Positions 39,220-52,266 of a stretch of DNA of 64,000 nt are shown here, piece by piece; position 1 is the first letter of the stretch; the number at the start of each line of letters is the position of its first letter. The notes under the pieces are model-generated. The model searched no databases, had not been told where the DNA came from, and worked only from the letters and a program-made list of their open reading frames with translations. The position numbers and the translations under genes are program-made. This stretch comes from Cetorhinus maximus (Eukaryota). The stretch lies in contig NC_135906.1 in the NCBI RefSeq assembly GCF_964194155.1, positions 19,592,001 to 19,656,000 of the forward strand, in the 5' to 3' direction.

Positions 39220-39957
39220 GAAATTCACAGGGAGGAACACATTCATACTCAGCAACAGCTTAACATGGAATACAGTTGCACCACTCAGTACCTGCAATTC
39301 TGTCCAAACCAAGAATGCCGCAGGGTTCATTTTACTGAGGGGGAAAAAGCTCACCTTGCTGTGCAGGGTCCACATGGCCTCCAGTGACAGATACTGTCCC
39401 TGGTCAGAAAGAAATGAACTGGGAGGATTTAAAGAAGGAATGTAACCAGCTCTTTGCACTTTCAAACTAGATCCTAAATAGTGTTAAATATGACATAAAC
39501 TACAGTTTAAAAAAAGATGAACACTCTTCAGTTAAGTGGCCTGTAGTCTCTCAAAGACATTCACATAACACAAACTAACAAAGTCCTAATTTGATGCTGA
39601 GGTAATGCAGATACCAAAACTTTGGTATGGGGGATGGCAGTAGTTGAGAGATATGTATCACCCTCAAAAAACCTAAAAATATTCGATATCTTGCACACAC
39701 CTGGAAGGTTTTTTTAAAAAACTTTTTACAAAGTTTGTTTTTTTTTAAACCTCCAAGGGCCTGGCCTCATTGTTAGGCCTGAGAAGGAATGATTGAGAAA
39801 AAAAAAAACTGAACGAAGAGGTAGCTGCTTTAAAAAATATAAACTTTTTAAGCCATCGATTCTATTTGCGGCTGACTTTGTTCTTGAAACCCGGGCTCTT
39901 CATTCTTCCCTTTTAAAAAAATCGTTGGTGTGAAATGGACGATAGTAATAGTCACTG

Positions 39958-40013
39958 CTACAGAACAATCCACATGCTACGCCCACTGTCCGCCAAGCGC
40001 TTCAGCGAGCGAC
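39958..40013 (-). CDS. DCAF15: DCAF15 exon 13 (stop)
   Basis: (G)RSLKRLADSGRSMWIVL*; spliced CDS 2133 nt. Confidence 0.95.
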
Positions 40014-40892
40014 CTAGAGAAAAGCCAACATTTACATTGAATTCACCATGTTCCTGTCCTGTTCAACGTGGTTCTGAGGCCAGGATTTCAATACAGATCT
40101 GTCAATCAAACCTGAAATAATGAGGCCAGTCACTCACTACTGGCGGGCCAGCGAGACTGAAAACCAACACAATCAGAATGGCTGCGATTATTATTAGCTA
40201 CTGGAAATGGTTCAAGAGGGCTCTAACATTCTGAAGTGTCATGTGATTGTCCATCCATATTCCCTTCCCACTGTGGGGCACTGGTCTTTGAAGATGCAAT
40301 GCATGACACGAATGCAGAAAATCACATGCGGGGTGGGGCTACTCAAACTCGGCATGTAGCTCACTAGCTTTTTGTCCAAGGCCACTGACTGAATGAACCT
40401 TACTTAGGGGGAGCTGGCTGAGGAATATCACAAATGACTGCAGCACACAGTGACAGAGCTTGGGTACGCAAAAGGGATTTCCCACCCAGGGCACCCGATT
40501 TCATGATGCCTCTATCGGCAGTTGCAAGTGTAGACCAGGCACTTCCTCAAAGGAGGAGCAAGATGACAGCTACATGCCCAGGGTTTTCTGTTTTAACTGG
40601 AGCTCCTTCACACCACTCAGTACCTGCAATTCTGTCCAAACCAAGAATTCTGCAGGTTTGCAGAGTCAGAAAGCGAGAGGGGAACAGAACTGCATGCCAC
40701 GTCAGTCAACATCCCACAGCCAAGCAAACTATGAATTGAACTGGCCTCGAGACCCTTGGAACTGTGTGCCTGGTGGGTGACGTGGGAGAAGGCAGCCTGC
40801 AAACGGCTCCAGGTTAGATCACATGCACCATTGTACTTCAATAAGTTTACATGCAAGAAAGGACCAGGTATACCCTCAGCATTAAAGCACAC

Positions 40893-41008
40893 CTTTATGC
40901 AAGGCTTCATTTGTCATCCTGTTGACGTTGCGGAAGGTGCTTTCAGGAACCAGCCACCTCATTGCTATATCAACACAGCTTTTACGGAAGGTACTCCAAA
41001 CACTGCCA
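40893..41008 (-). CDS. DCAF15: DCAF15 exon 12
   Basis: [38 protein letters not shown]. Confidence 0.96.
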
Positions 41009-41105
41009 CTGTATAAAAGAAATGGAGAGAGAGAGAAAGGAATATTAGTCTAAATTTCCATTCATCGTGCAAGATGTTAATGGAAAAATGCACCATTTAA
41101 CTTAC

Positions 41106-41210
41106 CTTGTTTGCCCCTGTACAGCAGTTAAGTCACCAACTCCCACAGTTGCAAAGATGCCAGTATTTAGGTTCCATGTGCCCTTCAAACAAGTATGATA
41201 GGTCTTAGGT
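41106..41210 (-). CDS. DCAF15: DCAF15 exon 11
   Basis: [34 protein letters not shown](S). Confidence 0.95.
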
Positions 41211-43172
41211 CTGAAAAATCAGTAATAGAGTTTGATAGTATTTCACAGTTACACACACACACCACAGCTTACTAACAGATGGGATTGGTTATAGGGAGAG
41301 GTATAATACTCATAACTAAACAGTAGCACACAACAGTTCCTGTGCTAGTAGTAGGGACATACTGAGAGATTTGCAGTGCGGTCGCTAGCCAAAGTTGAAG
41401 ATTTTAGATTTAGAGCCATATTCTAGAGTTCTGGAACTCATTCCCTGAAAGGGTGGTGGAAACAGATTCAATAATAACTTTCAAAAAGGCAACTAGATAT
41501 ATACTCAAAGGGAGAAAATTACAGGGCTATAGGGAAAGAGCAGAGGGGTAGAACTAATTGGATAGCTCTTTCAAAGAGCCAGCACAGGCATGATAGGCTA
41601 AATGGCCTTTTTCTGGGCTGAAAGATTCTGCTTGATATTCTTTGAGGCCCAGGGGATATTTATGTGGAACAGCTGATAAAATGGAAGTGGCACGGTGTGC
41701 ACGGTCTGTGAAAGGAGGAGGCTCAATGGGTCAAATGACCTATTTTCATGACAGAACTTACTCCAGTGTCATCAGGTAATTAAAATAAATCACAGCATCT
41801 CCATCCATTCTCATTCACAGGAATATCTGAGACTTTGTGCAGAAGGTAGGATTTTCACACCCAGACTAAAAGGGCAGCCTCATGTCCGTAACCTCCTCCA
41901 GTACTATAACTGTTGAGCTCTCTATACTCCTCCAGTTCTGGCCTCTTACACAACTCCAGCTGTTATCACTCCACACCATTGGTGACTGTGTCTTCAGATG
42001 CCTGGGCCCTAAGATCTGGAATTCCACCCCCCCCCCCCGCCCCCCGCCGACAAACCTCACCACCTCCTCCAAGATGCTCCTTAAAATCTACCTCCCTGAC
42101 CAAGCTTTCAGTCAACTGTTCTAAATGTTCGTTTGGTGGGTGTCATATTTTGTTTGCTAAAGCTTCTGTGATGTGCATTGGGATGTTTTATGATGTTAAA
42201 GGTGCTCTGTGAAAGCAGATTGTTGTTACTCTGTTTACAGCACAGTGGTATCCTCAATTCCTGCAGTCTACAGTATTGCGACAGGGTTTACCATCTGTAC
42301 CTGTATCCTATGGTAAACGTGTCTATACTTGAACAATTCCCAACTCCACTGTTCTCAAGTTTTAATCTCTAATTTTTCATGACTCACTATGTTGAACAGC
42401 TGTAGGAAGCACACTGCAATAGTGACAGTGAGAAACAGCATTTGTCTACACATACATACTTGCACGCTTTTGTACACATACGCATATACACACAGTTCAC
42501 TTTTACATTGATCCGCAACTCCAGTTACACACTCAAGGGAATAGGTTAAAACATAACAGTGACAAAGTTTTTTAATCCCTAGATATGCTAAAAAGGACTC
42601 AGAAAAAGAGAGGGGGATATTTGTGCTCATCGAGTTATTAAAGGGTGATTGTACTGGGGAACAGAATAATTTCCCAACTCAGCCTCCCATCCCAGCATTG
42701 AGAATTCTTAGGTCAAGTACAACACAAACAGCAATAGAGTGGAGCGGCTCCAACTCTCTCCTAACAAAGTACCCAAGTCCACCATCAGAGAAGTCCCTAC
42801 ACTACCTTTTCTGAGCCTAGCCATCCTTGTGGTCACTCCGAGTCAGACTGGCCAGTTTTACATCAATCGATGCCAAACGGAGGTTTTAAATCCACAGGTA
42901 TAGGCAAGAACCTCTACCAACTGGGCTCAAACTCACCAAACTCATTTCACATTGCAGCCTCAGATGCAACAGAGCGAGAAAACTTGCAACTCATCAGTCT
43001 GTGCTGGATTCAGATGCTGGAGCTGAAAGGTCAGTGTGTGAACCCACCCATGAAGTCCCTGAATGGAACAAACGTCAGATTTCCCAGCTCAGTGAAATGT
43101 GCAAGGCAGGTCTGTCCAGCCTACACTGTTTCAGAGCTGAACTGCACAAACTCTGAGGTTACTTTCCCTTAC

Positions 43173-43255
43173 CTTATTTGTCCTTCTTCATCTGAAGGGT
43201 ATGCCAAGAGCAGCAGTCCTATGTTAATGATGACGTGGTTGGTTATAGGGCACAC
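43173..43255 (-). CDS. DCAF15: DCAF15 exon 10
   Basis: VCPITNHVIINIGLLLLAYPSDEEGQI(R). Confidence 0.95.
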
Positions 43256-44114
43256 CTTGAAACAGATCACAATCGTACTGGTGTTAATGACAGTCCCAAA
43301 AGCCAAGAAGCACAGATGAACTGCATTGAAAGTACAAATCTATCATCAGTCTTTTTACAGACACACTTTTCCCACACACCATAAGGCCTTTGAACGTAAG
43401 GTGTCCAAGAAACAATTCGATACAGAGAATATGGATTGAGGAATATGTTAAAAGAGTGTTAAAGGTGGGGGTGATCTGTGGCAAGTCGCTAGGCAGTTAG
43501 GCCTCAAGGTCTCCTGTCTACTCAAAAATGCTTGTGTTCTTATATCGAGCTGCTGAAATCCCTGGAAATGAATCAGCAGAAACCAGTCGTTCACCTCCTA
43601 TAAGATAGGAAAATCTGGAATCTCAGTCATTCTTGATCACACTTAGACTACCCTTTATGGACAGTTTCAGAGTGGAACTGGCAATGACTTTACTACTGGC
43701 CCCTCACCTGGTCACAAATGGTGTGTGGGGTGCAGGGGAGACATCAGTTTAAAACAAAATAGAAATAAAAAACTGGAATTTGAAGAAAAACATGACTATT
43801 AATTTGCAACATGTGTAATGAAATGGGACTACTAACCAATGATGCTGAAATCCTAAAAATCTTTCCGACTCAAATTTATCCAATTTCAATTTCATGGAAT
43901 TGATTTCTTGTCTGGAGACTAATTTATTTTACTGACAATAATCTTACCCAGCCTCTAGTTTCCTCCTCACTTAGGGTTCATCAGACTGAACGTCCCCGTG
44001 ACTGGGTCAATCTATGAAGCGGCCATATGAAGAATCACTGTGAAGCCATGTCCTGTCATTCATCCCACATCAGGCTGTCCAAAGCACATGGCTTTTCAGT
44101 CTAAATCCACTTAC

Positions 44115-44243
44115 CTCTAATATTACAATATCATAGTCACTGAAGGAACAGTATCGCTTTGACCAGGATGCGTCATTCCTTATAACCTCATTAATGACAT
44201 ATTCAAAGTCGAGCGTCAGCTGCTCCACAGTCAGGTACTTGCC
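44115..44243 (-). CDS. DCAF15: DCAF15 exon 9
   Basis: [43 protein letters not shown]. Confidence 0.97.
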
Positions 44244-45278
44244 CTGGAAATTCACAAGATGCAAGAGATGGGTTGCAGGGGTAGAGAGAGACACCAGGCA
44301 CAAGGTAGTTACATATCTCTGTTAGCCACACATCTCGTTAAGATTTTTTCCTTATGGAAATGTAAAGCAGTGAAAGTATTTAAATCCATCCTCGCAGTCT
44401 CTCGGTAGAGCAGCCTCAACTGCACAATTGGCTAAGGACAATAGCTACCAGACCACATACATGTCAAACTGTGTCAGCTGTAGTTCAGTGGGTAGCTCTC
44501 TCACCTGAGTCAGAAAGTTGTGGGTTCAAGTCCCACTCTAGAGACTTCAGCCAAAAATCCAGGCTGACAATCCCAGCAATGAAGGAGTGCCAAACACCAA
44601 TGTACATACAATACAATCGAGTTTACTTAGCATTGGTAATTATTGCAAACGCCCTGCAAGTTGCACATCATCATGATGAACAGTAAATATTAGTGCCTGA
44701 GTTATAATGTAATATTGCAGACTGACACAGCATATTTGCTAGGTTTTAATCACAAACTCAACTCATCCCAGTCTGCCCTCAATTATTTCACCAAGAGAAG
44801 AAAAATAACATGGGGCGCTAATACTTTCAGCCAAAAATAGCCAGTAATCAGGGGATCTGGTTTCGAAGTGTGTTTACAATGCAGTATTGTTGCTATTTAG
44901 AGAGTGCTGTTACTTCAGAGATTTACAAAAGAAATGCATCAAAACTAAAGCACTCAATGCCCTGCGATAGTGTAACTCAGATTACCCCTACCAGCACCAC
45001 TGATAGTCTGCAAGTACCAGTGCTTCACTGTAGACAATGCAAAAGACAGTCTTCAAACAAATTTGCAAGAATGAAATCTAGAAACTTCCACTGCTGAGTT
45101 ATTTTCACATTTCAATATTGTACATTCCACTGTTAAAATCACAGTGACAACACCCAGGTTGCTAAACAATACAGTCAGTGAAAACCTTGTGGCTGTTGGC
45201 AACCCAGTACAGTGCCACGATAACCGGTTTGTCCCCTTCTCAGCCAGAAAGGGTTACGTTGCAAGTGGGTTAAGTTAC

Positions 45279-45367
45279 CTGATATGAAGCACTTTCTTTA
45301 ACAGGTTTCAAATTCCTTCCCCTCAGGTCAGTCACTACAAAATGCAGTGAGATCTTATCATCATATC
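45279..45367 (-). CDS. DCAF15: DCAF15 exon 8
   Basis: YDDKISLHFVVTDLRGRNLKPVKESASYQ. Confidence 0.95.
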
Positions 45368-47549
45368 CTGTGGGAAACAAGATCTGTTTTAGTCTCCCAT
45401 CATCAAGTTCCTCTAGGAGCAGCAAACTAATTATCGACGGTTGCAAGATTAAATCCTTCAAGATCCACAATCACAAAATTTAGTGAGCATTTTTTTTCTC
45501 TATATAAAAAAAGCGACACTTTCCTCAACTTAATCCTTCGATTTAACACTGCGCAAATATTAATGATGTAATAATGCAAACGAGCAAAGTTCCATCTACT
45601 TGTGTCAGAATTGCACAATTGGAAGACGAGGCAACACTGGCAATGGAAGCTACCCGATCACACTGTCACTGCTGTACTGCACTGGGAGTGAAGGCATTTT
45701 CAGCACAGACACCCACAAGAACATGGTTCCCACCCAGATGGAAGATGAAGTGATAATCTATCTGTTAATGGACAGCAGGCTTGCAAAATTTACTCTTTCA
45801 CTGATTTAACAAAGTAGAGCTGCCTAGCCTAGCAGCAACAGTTTTTAACTGAATGGTGACATTGTCCCAGAATCACTAACACTGCAGAAAAGTTTAAAAA
45901 CTAAAACTGAACAGAAAACTCAATTATTTCCTACAAACTGTAGCTGAGAAAATTATCGGGAAACATTATTACCAGCATTACAGATACAGGGCATAAACGG
46001 GATCATTTCTGGAAACAGATGGGATTTGGGAATATGGTGGCAAGTAGGGTTGAGATCAACAAAAGAAGAGATAAAATTAAGTGTGGAGAAAGGGGAAATC
46101 GAATCATAGTGCAGAATTAGGTTACTTGCGGACTTCAAGGCCTGGTCTGGGATAGGTGGAAAGAGTAGACCAAAGAGTGGGTGAAAATACTGGCGTTTAG
46201 AGTTCAGACCAGAGTTCAAATTCAGACCAGTACGACAGGATGAATGTTTCTCGGCAGTAATTGTTAAATGGGTTTGACCTGTCTCAGCACGTTTCCTGAT
46301 TAACACAAAACTGTCCTCAACTCAACGACAGATGGACAGCCTCGTTCAAGATTACTGGTGCAGGAGCAGCGCTTTTGCTCTGTTTTCAAGATGTTTCTGA
46401 GCAACATCCCCCCAGGTGGTGTAGCCACGCAGTGACTAGGAATATGCTGCCCACAAACAACAGTCGGGCAGCGCATCAGCCTTAAAGAGACCATGCGATG
46501 CAACAAGCCGACCATACGCAGCAAACAGGAGTTAGGGGGAACATCGTCCAGGTGTTCATCTTTGGTTCTTGAAAAGAACTGTCCCAAGCAGCAGCACCTC
46601 AATCAGCACAACATCACAAGAATTTCAAAAATCGTTTAAAAAAAACAAAACCCAACAAATCTGGAAATTCTAAAATCTACATTAGAGACAGAGAGAATGC
46701 TGTTCTTCCCAGCCTGGGGCCGGTCAGTGTTTGTCAAGGGGAAATTGCAGCCTGCTTTGAGTTAGGAGATTCAACCAGGAACTGGCTCTGAAATAATATG
46801 CCTTATCCACCCACCTAAAAAAAATCATTTGCATAACACTTTTCACATCCCAGAGCACATCCTAGTGAATGAAGAACTTTAACTGCAATTGCTGATGTAG
46901 CGAAACATGGTCATCAAATTATGCATAGCAAAATCCCATAAATAGCAGCAGGGTGGTTGACCAGAACCTGCTCTGATGGTACAGAAAGCGCCCCATCACG
47001 TGGTCACTGGAGCTTCACTGAAAAAGTGATATGGGGTCTTTTGTGTCCCCCCGAACAGGCAGATTGGATCTCAGTTAACTGTCTCATTTGAAATGCAGCA
47101 CCTCTGACAATGTAGCATGACTGCAGTACCACACTGATATGTCATCTTCATTTATGTGTTCAAGTCTCTAGAATGTCTCAGGAAGGTGTGATACACACTG
47201 ATACACAATGGTGATGATTCAATTGGGAGAAGAATAAACTTAGGAATTACAAGGGATTTGATTAATGCTCACAATCACCAAAGGACAACCTTGCTGGTTT
47301 CTAAGCATTATCCAATATCCAATGCCAAAGTGACGAGTGTAAGTACCTGAGATCAAGTCCTCTGCCAATCCCCCTTTTGGCGAAATTGGGCACATTACAC
47401 AGGAAGAGTTGAGAAAAGTTCCTTGGGATAAGGAAAGCAGCTAAGGCCAGTGCAGTGTCACAGGATTATTGTAAATTATGAAGCAAACAGCACAGTGACA
47501 ACCAAAAATTGAGGCGTGACCAATTTCTTAGCAATTCTACCTAACTCAC

Positions 47550-48371
47550 CATCATCATCTGCAGGCATGCCAGAAGGTTCCAGAACATAGTGCAGCTTTA
47601 TGTAGTTCACGTAACCGGGGTCTGTTTGTGCAGTTTCATGTTGACTGGCAGTACTGTCCATTGTGCCTGACTCACTCTGAACTAACTCGCTTGCCATTTC
47701 AGTTCTCAGTTTAGCAGCAGATGATATACCATTATCCAGTGCAGGTTTCCCTGGTGCTGTACAGGTGCACCCTAATACAAGTGAAGGTGAATGCTTGGAG
47801 TTCAAGGCAGAATCAGAGGGATCTGCAACACAACTAGAACACTGAATCTCTAACTTTGCTTCGGAAGAACAAGAGGAGAGTGCGAAATCAGAAGTCTCAC
47901 TTCCTTGTGTATTTAGGGCCTTGTGGCAGTCTTCTGTGAGTAGCCCTTGTGGGGCACCTTCCTTTGGTTTGGTTAAAGCTTCGTTCAAACTACACGATGC
48001 TTCTGTGGTGCTTGTAGCAGCTCTGGCTCGCCTGAAAATGTCAGCTGCAAACTCCTTCGCTTTACCTGTGGCGGAAGATCGGTCACATTGGGCATGGTGA
48101 CACGCTGCCAGTACTGCATGCTTAGAGCTTTTAAATTCCCAGCTCAGCATTTCCTCAGGGCAGTTTTCAGTGTGCGCGTGGCTGTTAGTGTCAGCTTTGT
48201 GTAAGAGGCAGTCTGGCACTCCGTGGCTGGATGAAGGGTGATTCGCACCTTCACACTGCGAATAACTGGACATGTCCATTAATGGCGAACTTCGACTAGG
48301 ATCCAGCTCACAGTGACCGGGAGGTGCAGTGTTTTCACCGCTCTTGCTGTACAGAATCTGTCCTTTCTCAC
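47550..48371 (-). CDS. DCAF15: DCAF15 exon 7 (long low-complexity linker)
   Basis: 822 nt open; QILY, KAKEFAADIFRRAR and DPGYVNYIKLHYVLE anchor motifs. Confidence 0.93.
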
Positions 48372-49633
48372 CTGAAACACACAGAAAACCAAAACAGGAT
48401 AGCAATTAAACAAATCTGAATTGGAAGAATTGTTGGTCAAGGCCGTGCGCAGGTTTTGTTATAAAAACACATGCATGGTGACTGTGGGTTCTGAGTGCCC
48501 TGACAGGAATTTTCCTCCTCGTTGGTCCTGAGTTTTTCTCTAGTTATCTGTCTTTCCCAGGAGATTCCATGCAGCAGTGGGAAGGGCAGGAAGAATCTGG
48601 TCAAGATGCTCCAGCCAGCACAAACATGGAGCAGGCTTGATGGACCACCTGCTCTTTTCCTGCTCACTATTTTTATCAATCAGAAAGACCTTCTAGCTGA
48701 ATGTCACCATCATTGCCGAGTTAGTTGACATCAGCTGAAGGTGACAGTTTATGGGGTTACAATTAATCCCTATGGCCCTGGATTTGAGTTGGGAAATCCA
48801 TTGACTGTGATGGGACGATGTGCGAGAGGACATGGTGAGCACGGTGAGGACATGACTGGACACTGTTAAAATGCCCAATAGGGAGAGAGAGTATTTATAT
48901 CTGGACGCTGAGATTCATTAGAGAGAAAATTTGCAAAGTATTGATAATTATTATGAGGGAGTCAGAGTACAGCAGAGAGGTGTTAGTGCATTAAAAATAA
49001 GTGACTGTGATGCTCCTCTACAAAAAGCTACACCTTGACAACCTCAGAACATCACAAAGTGTTTTACAGCCAATTAAGTGCTTTTTGAAGTGTAGTCACT
49101 GTTGTATTGCAGGAAATGCAGCAGCCAATTTGTGCACAGCAAGCTCCCACGAACACCAATGTGATAATAATGGCAAGATAGTCATTTTCTTTTTGAAGTG
49201 ATGTTGGCTGATGGATACCCATTGCCCAGGACACCAGGGAGAGCTCCTCTGTTCTTCTTTCAATAATGCCATGAGATCTGAGATAGCAGAAGGGCCTGGT
49301 TTTAACATTGCATCCAAAAGATGGCATCACCAACACCATTCAGTACTGCACTGGCAGTGTCAGCTTAGATTTTGCCCTCAAGTCTCTGGAGTGGGATTTG
49401 AATCTATGATTTTCTAAAGAATTAGCACTGAGCCATGGCTGACCCTTATTCATGCATCCAGATCCAGTAGTGGAGGGGAGGCTGCTCCAGTGATGGGGGA
49501 GGTAGGTTGAATAGATTTCTGCCTGGATGAAAATAATTTGAACCAAATATCCTCCCTTCTCTCCAAGTGTGACTAGCCCACTCACACATACTAGCTAGGT
49601 TCCCAAATGAACAATGACTGGTTGGAGCATTAC

Positions 49634-49804
49634 CTGCTGTGTTTACAGATATTGCACAGGCTACCAGTGAGTAGCTGGTGTTGAGTAACACCACTCCATC
49701 TTTCTTGAGCTGAAAGGCAGGCTGAAACGTGGGGAAGGGATAGACCACCTGGTACTTTGTGTGAAGCATGAAGCCATGCTGTAGACAGTAGGCATTCTGC
49801 TCAT
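49634..49804 (-). CDS. DCAF15: DCAF15 exon 6
   Basis: [56 protein letters not shown]. Confidence 0.97.
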
Positions 49805-49899
49805 CTGTAAAGCACACAACAGCAAGTTAGGTCTGTGCAATGTGAAATAATACAGCTTGAACACACATGCAACTGGGAAAAAAAAATCTTCTTTCATAC

Positions 49900-50036
49900 C
49901 TGTGCTAAGCAAAGCCATGTCCTTACAGTCAGGACAGAACGCAAACGGCGGTGTAGCAACTGTTGTAATATAAATATCTCGATCATTCTCATCACTCATC
50001 ACCATGTTTATCAGCAGATCATTCACTGAGCGAATG
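49900..50036 (-). CDS. DCAF15: DCAF15 exon 5
   Basis: IRSVNDLLINMVMSDENDRDIYITTVATPPFAFCPDCKDMALLST. Confidence 0.95.
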
Positions 50037-51229
50037 CTGGATTAAAAAGAGACTGAATTACATTTTCATTTGAGGTCAGAATATTATATTAAAAACAACT
50101 TGGTTGCAGGAAGAACAAAGACTCCGCCCACCCTCCTCCTCCTCATCCTGGGACTAACACTCATAACAAGCAGAAGTGAGTCACCCACACATCTTTCAGC
50201 AGCTGAAAGTGGAACAAAGTCCACGGCACAGGGTAAAACTAGAAAGGGGAAAAAAATTAAACTGTCTTTTGAAGAAAAAAAAGACAGAACAACAAGATCC
50301 TACAAATAGCAATAAAGTTTTAGGTGGTGTTGGTTCAGGAAGAAATATTTACAAGAGCACAAGAGTAACTCCCTCCTTCAGACAATGCTAAATACATCAA
50401 CATTAAGCGGGTGGAGCTGTGGTTTAATGGCTCGGTTAATTTGTGTGCTCAAGTCTCCGGGGTGGGACTTGAACCCACAACTTTCTGACTCCGAGGTGGG
50501 AGTGCTACCCACTGAGTCAATTTGACAACTGACTACAAAACTCAGCAATTTTTGCTGCAGGAGTTAAGGGGGTTGAAAATTTTCAGAGAAGTAACTTCTC
50601 AACAGGATGGGAACACCAACCTACTTAAATGACATTTCCATTTATAAAGTCGAAGCAGACATTTTGAGTATTTCATTCAGTTCAAAGCACCGGACTTCAG
50701 GGAGGATATATCGGCCTTGGAGGGGGTGCAGCACATGGCTAAAAGGGTTAAATCAAGAGGATAGGGTACATAGATCTTATAGTCCCTCGAATATAGATGA
50801 TTAAGAGGTGATCTCATTGATCAAAATGATTAGGTTTAAGATGATTAAATAAGATTAATAGGTAAAGAGAGAGAAACTATTTCCTCCGTTGGTGATGGTG
50901 AGTCCAGAACCATGAAATTAGACCTAGGCCATTCAGGGATGATGTCAGGATGCACATCTTCATACAAAGGGTATTGGAAATCTGGAACACTCTTCCCCCA
51001 GAAAGCTGTTGAGACCAGCCTCTACCCCTCCCTGTATGCAAGTTACGAGCTACACACAAGCAGACTCGTCTCCTCCATAACACACATCAACTGAAAATTT
51101 ACAACCTGAGATTGATAGTTTTTTTGTTAGCAAAGGGTACCAAGGAATACAGAAACAAGGTGGGTAGATGGAGTTAAGATTAGCCAGGATCTAATTGAAT
51201 GGCAGAACAAGCTGTAGAACAATACTTAC

Positions 51230-51336
51230 TTGAACCCAAATACAATAAGCTTTGAGGGGTCGCTTGGCCATTCACACACCGTTAGATACAAGTCACTGTA
51301 CACTTCCTGATCTTTGAAGAGATGCACTTGCCTCAC
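51230..51336 (-). CDS. DCAF15: DCAF15 exon 4
   Basis: [35 protein letters not shown](N). Confidence 0.96.
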
Positions 51337-52121
51337 CTAAAGTTCAACGAAAAATGGATTAAAACATTTTTTTTCTCTTGTAGAGTATCCTACTAAAAAT
51401 GAGTATGGATTTAAGTATAGTGAGTGTATGTACGTGTGTGCGTGCGCGCGTGTACCCACGCGTACACACGTGTAGCATGTGAGAGAGAGAATGAGCGTAT
51501 TTGTATTTGTTTGAAATGGAGGTCACTTTCTCCTTTAGGTCAACATGTGCCGGGAAGATGCCTAGTCCGCCAGGCACCAGCCTCTACTCCTCCCTGAGTG
51601 AGAGTTATGAGCTACACACAAGCAGGCTAGCCTCCTCTGAAAGACATGGCACAAGGAATCAGAGGCAGGGTGTCACTTTCTTTCATTCCCTGTCTCTGCG
51701 ACCCCCTCCAATCATACAACCCTGAGATCGTTCCACTCCTCCAGCTTCAGCATTTTGTGGATACCCATTGCTACAACAGTGGCAGCCGTGTTTACAGTTT
51801 CTGGGCCCTAAGCTCTGGAATTCCCTCCCTAGACCTCTCAGTGTCTCTACCTCACTCTCCTTCTTTAAGACACTTCTTAAAACCCATCTCCTCACCAAGC
51901 TTTTCATCATCTGTCTTAGCATCTCCTTATGTGGCCCGATATCCAATTTTGTTTGATAATCGCTCCTGTGAAGTGCCTGTGAACTTTTAATATGTTAAAG
52001 GCAAGTTGTTGAGAAACGAAAATTGATAGAACGCAATACCAACAGACGAGAAAGAAAAGGAACGATGCCCAATCCAAGGATGTGTTCTCTATTCACAAGG
52101 AATTCAGTCTTTGGTACTCAC

Positions 52122-52266
52122 CTTTTTCAACTTGTCATGAATGTTGAACTTCCACCAGTACAGGTAATACACATAGTATGGTAACTCGTCAATATCCTGC
52201 TCTGGCACATCCCTGGTGTAGGACAGCACATACCTACCGCATTTTGTAAAGCCAAGGAATATGTGG
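52122..52266 (-). CDS. DCAF15: DCAF15 exon 3
   Basis: [17 protein letters not shown]...[16 protein letters not shown]. Confidence 0.95.

Noticed and set aside
46300-46602. Cys-rich 100-aa ORF in DCAF15 intron 7
   Set aside because: No splice or homology support; DCAF15 exons 7 and 8 join in phase without it
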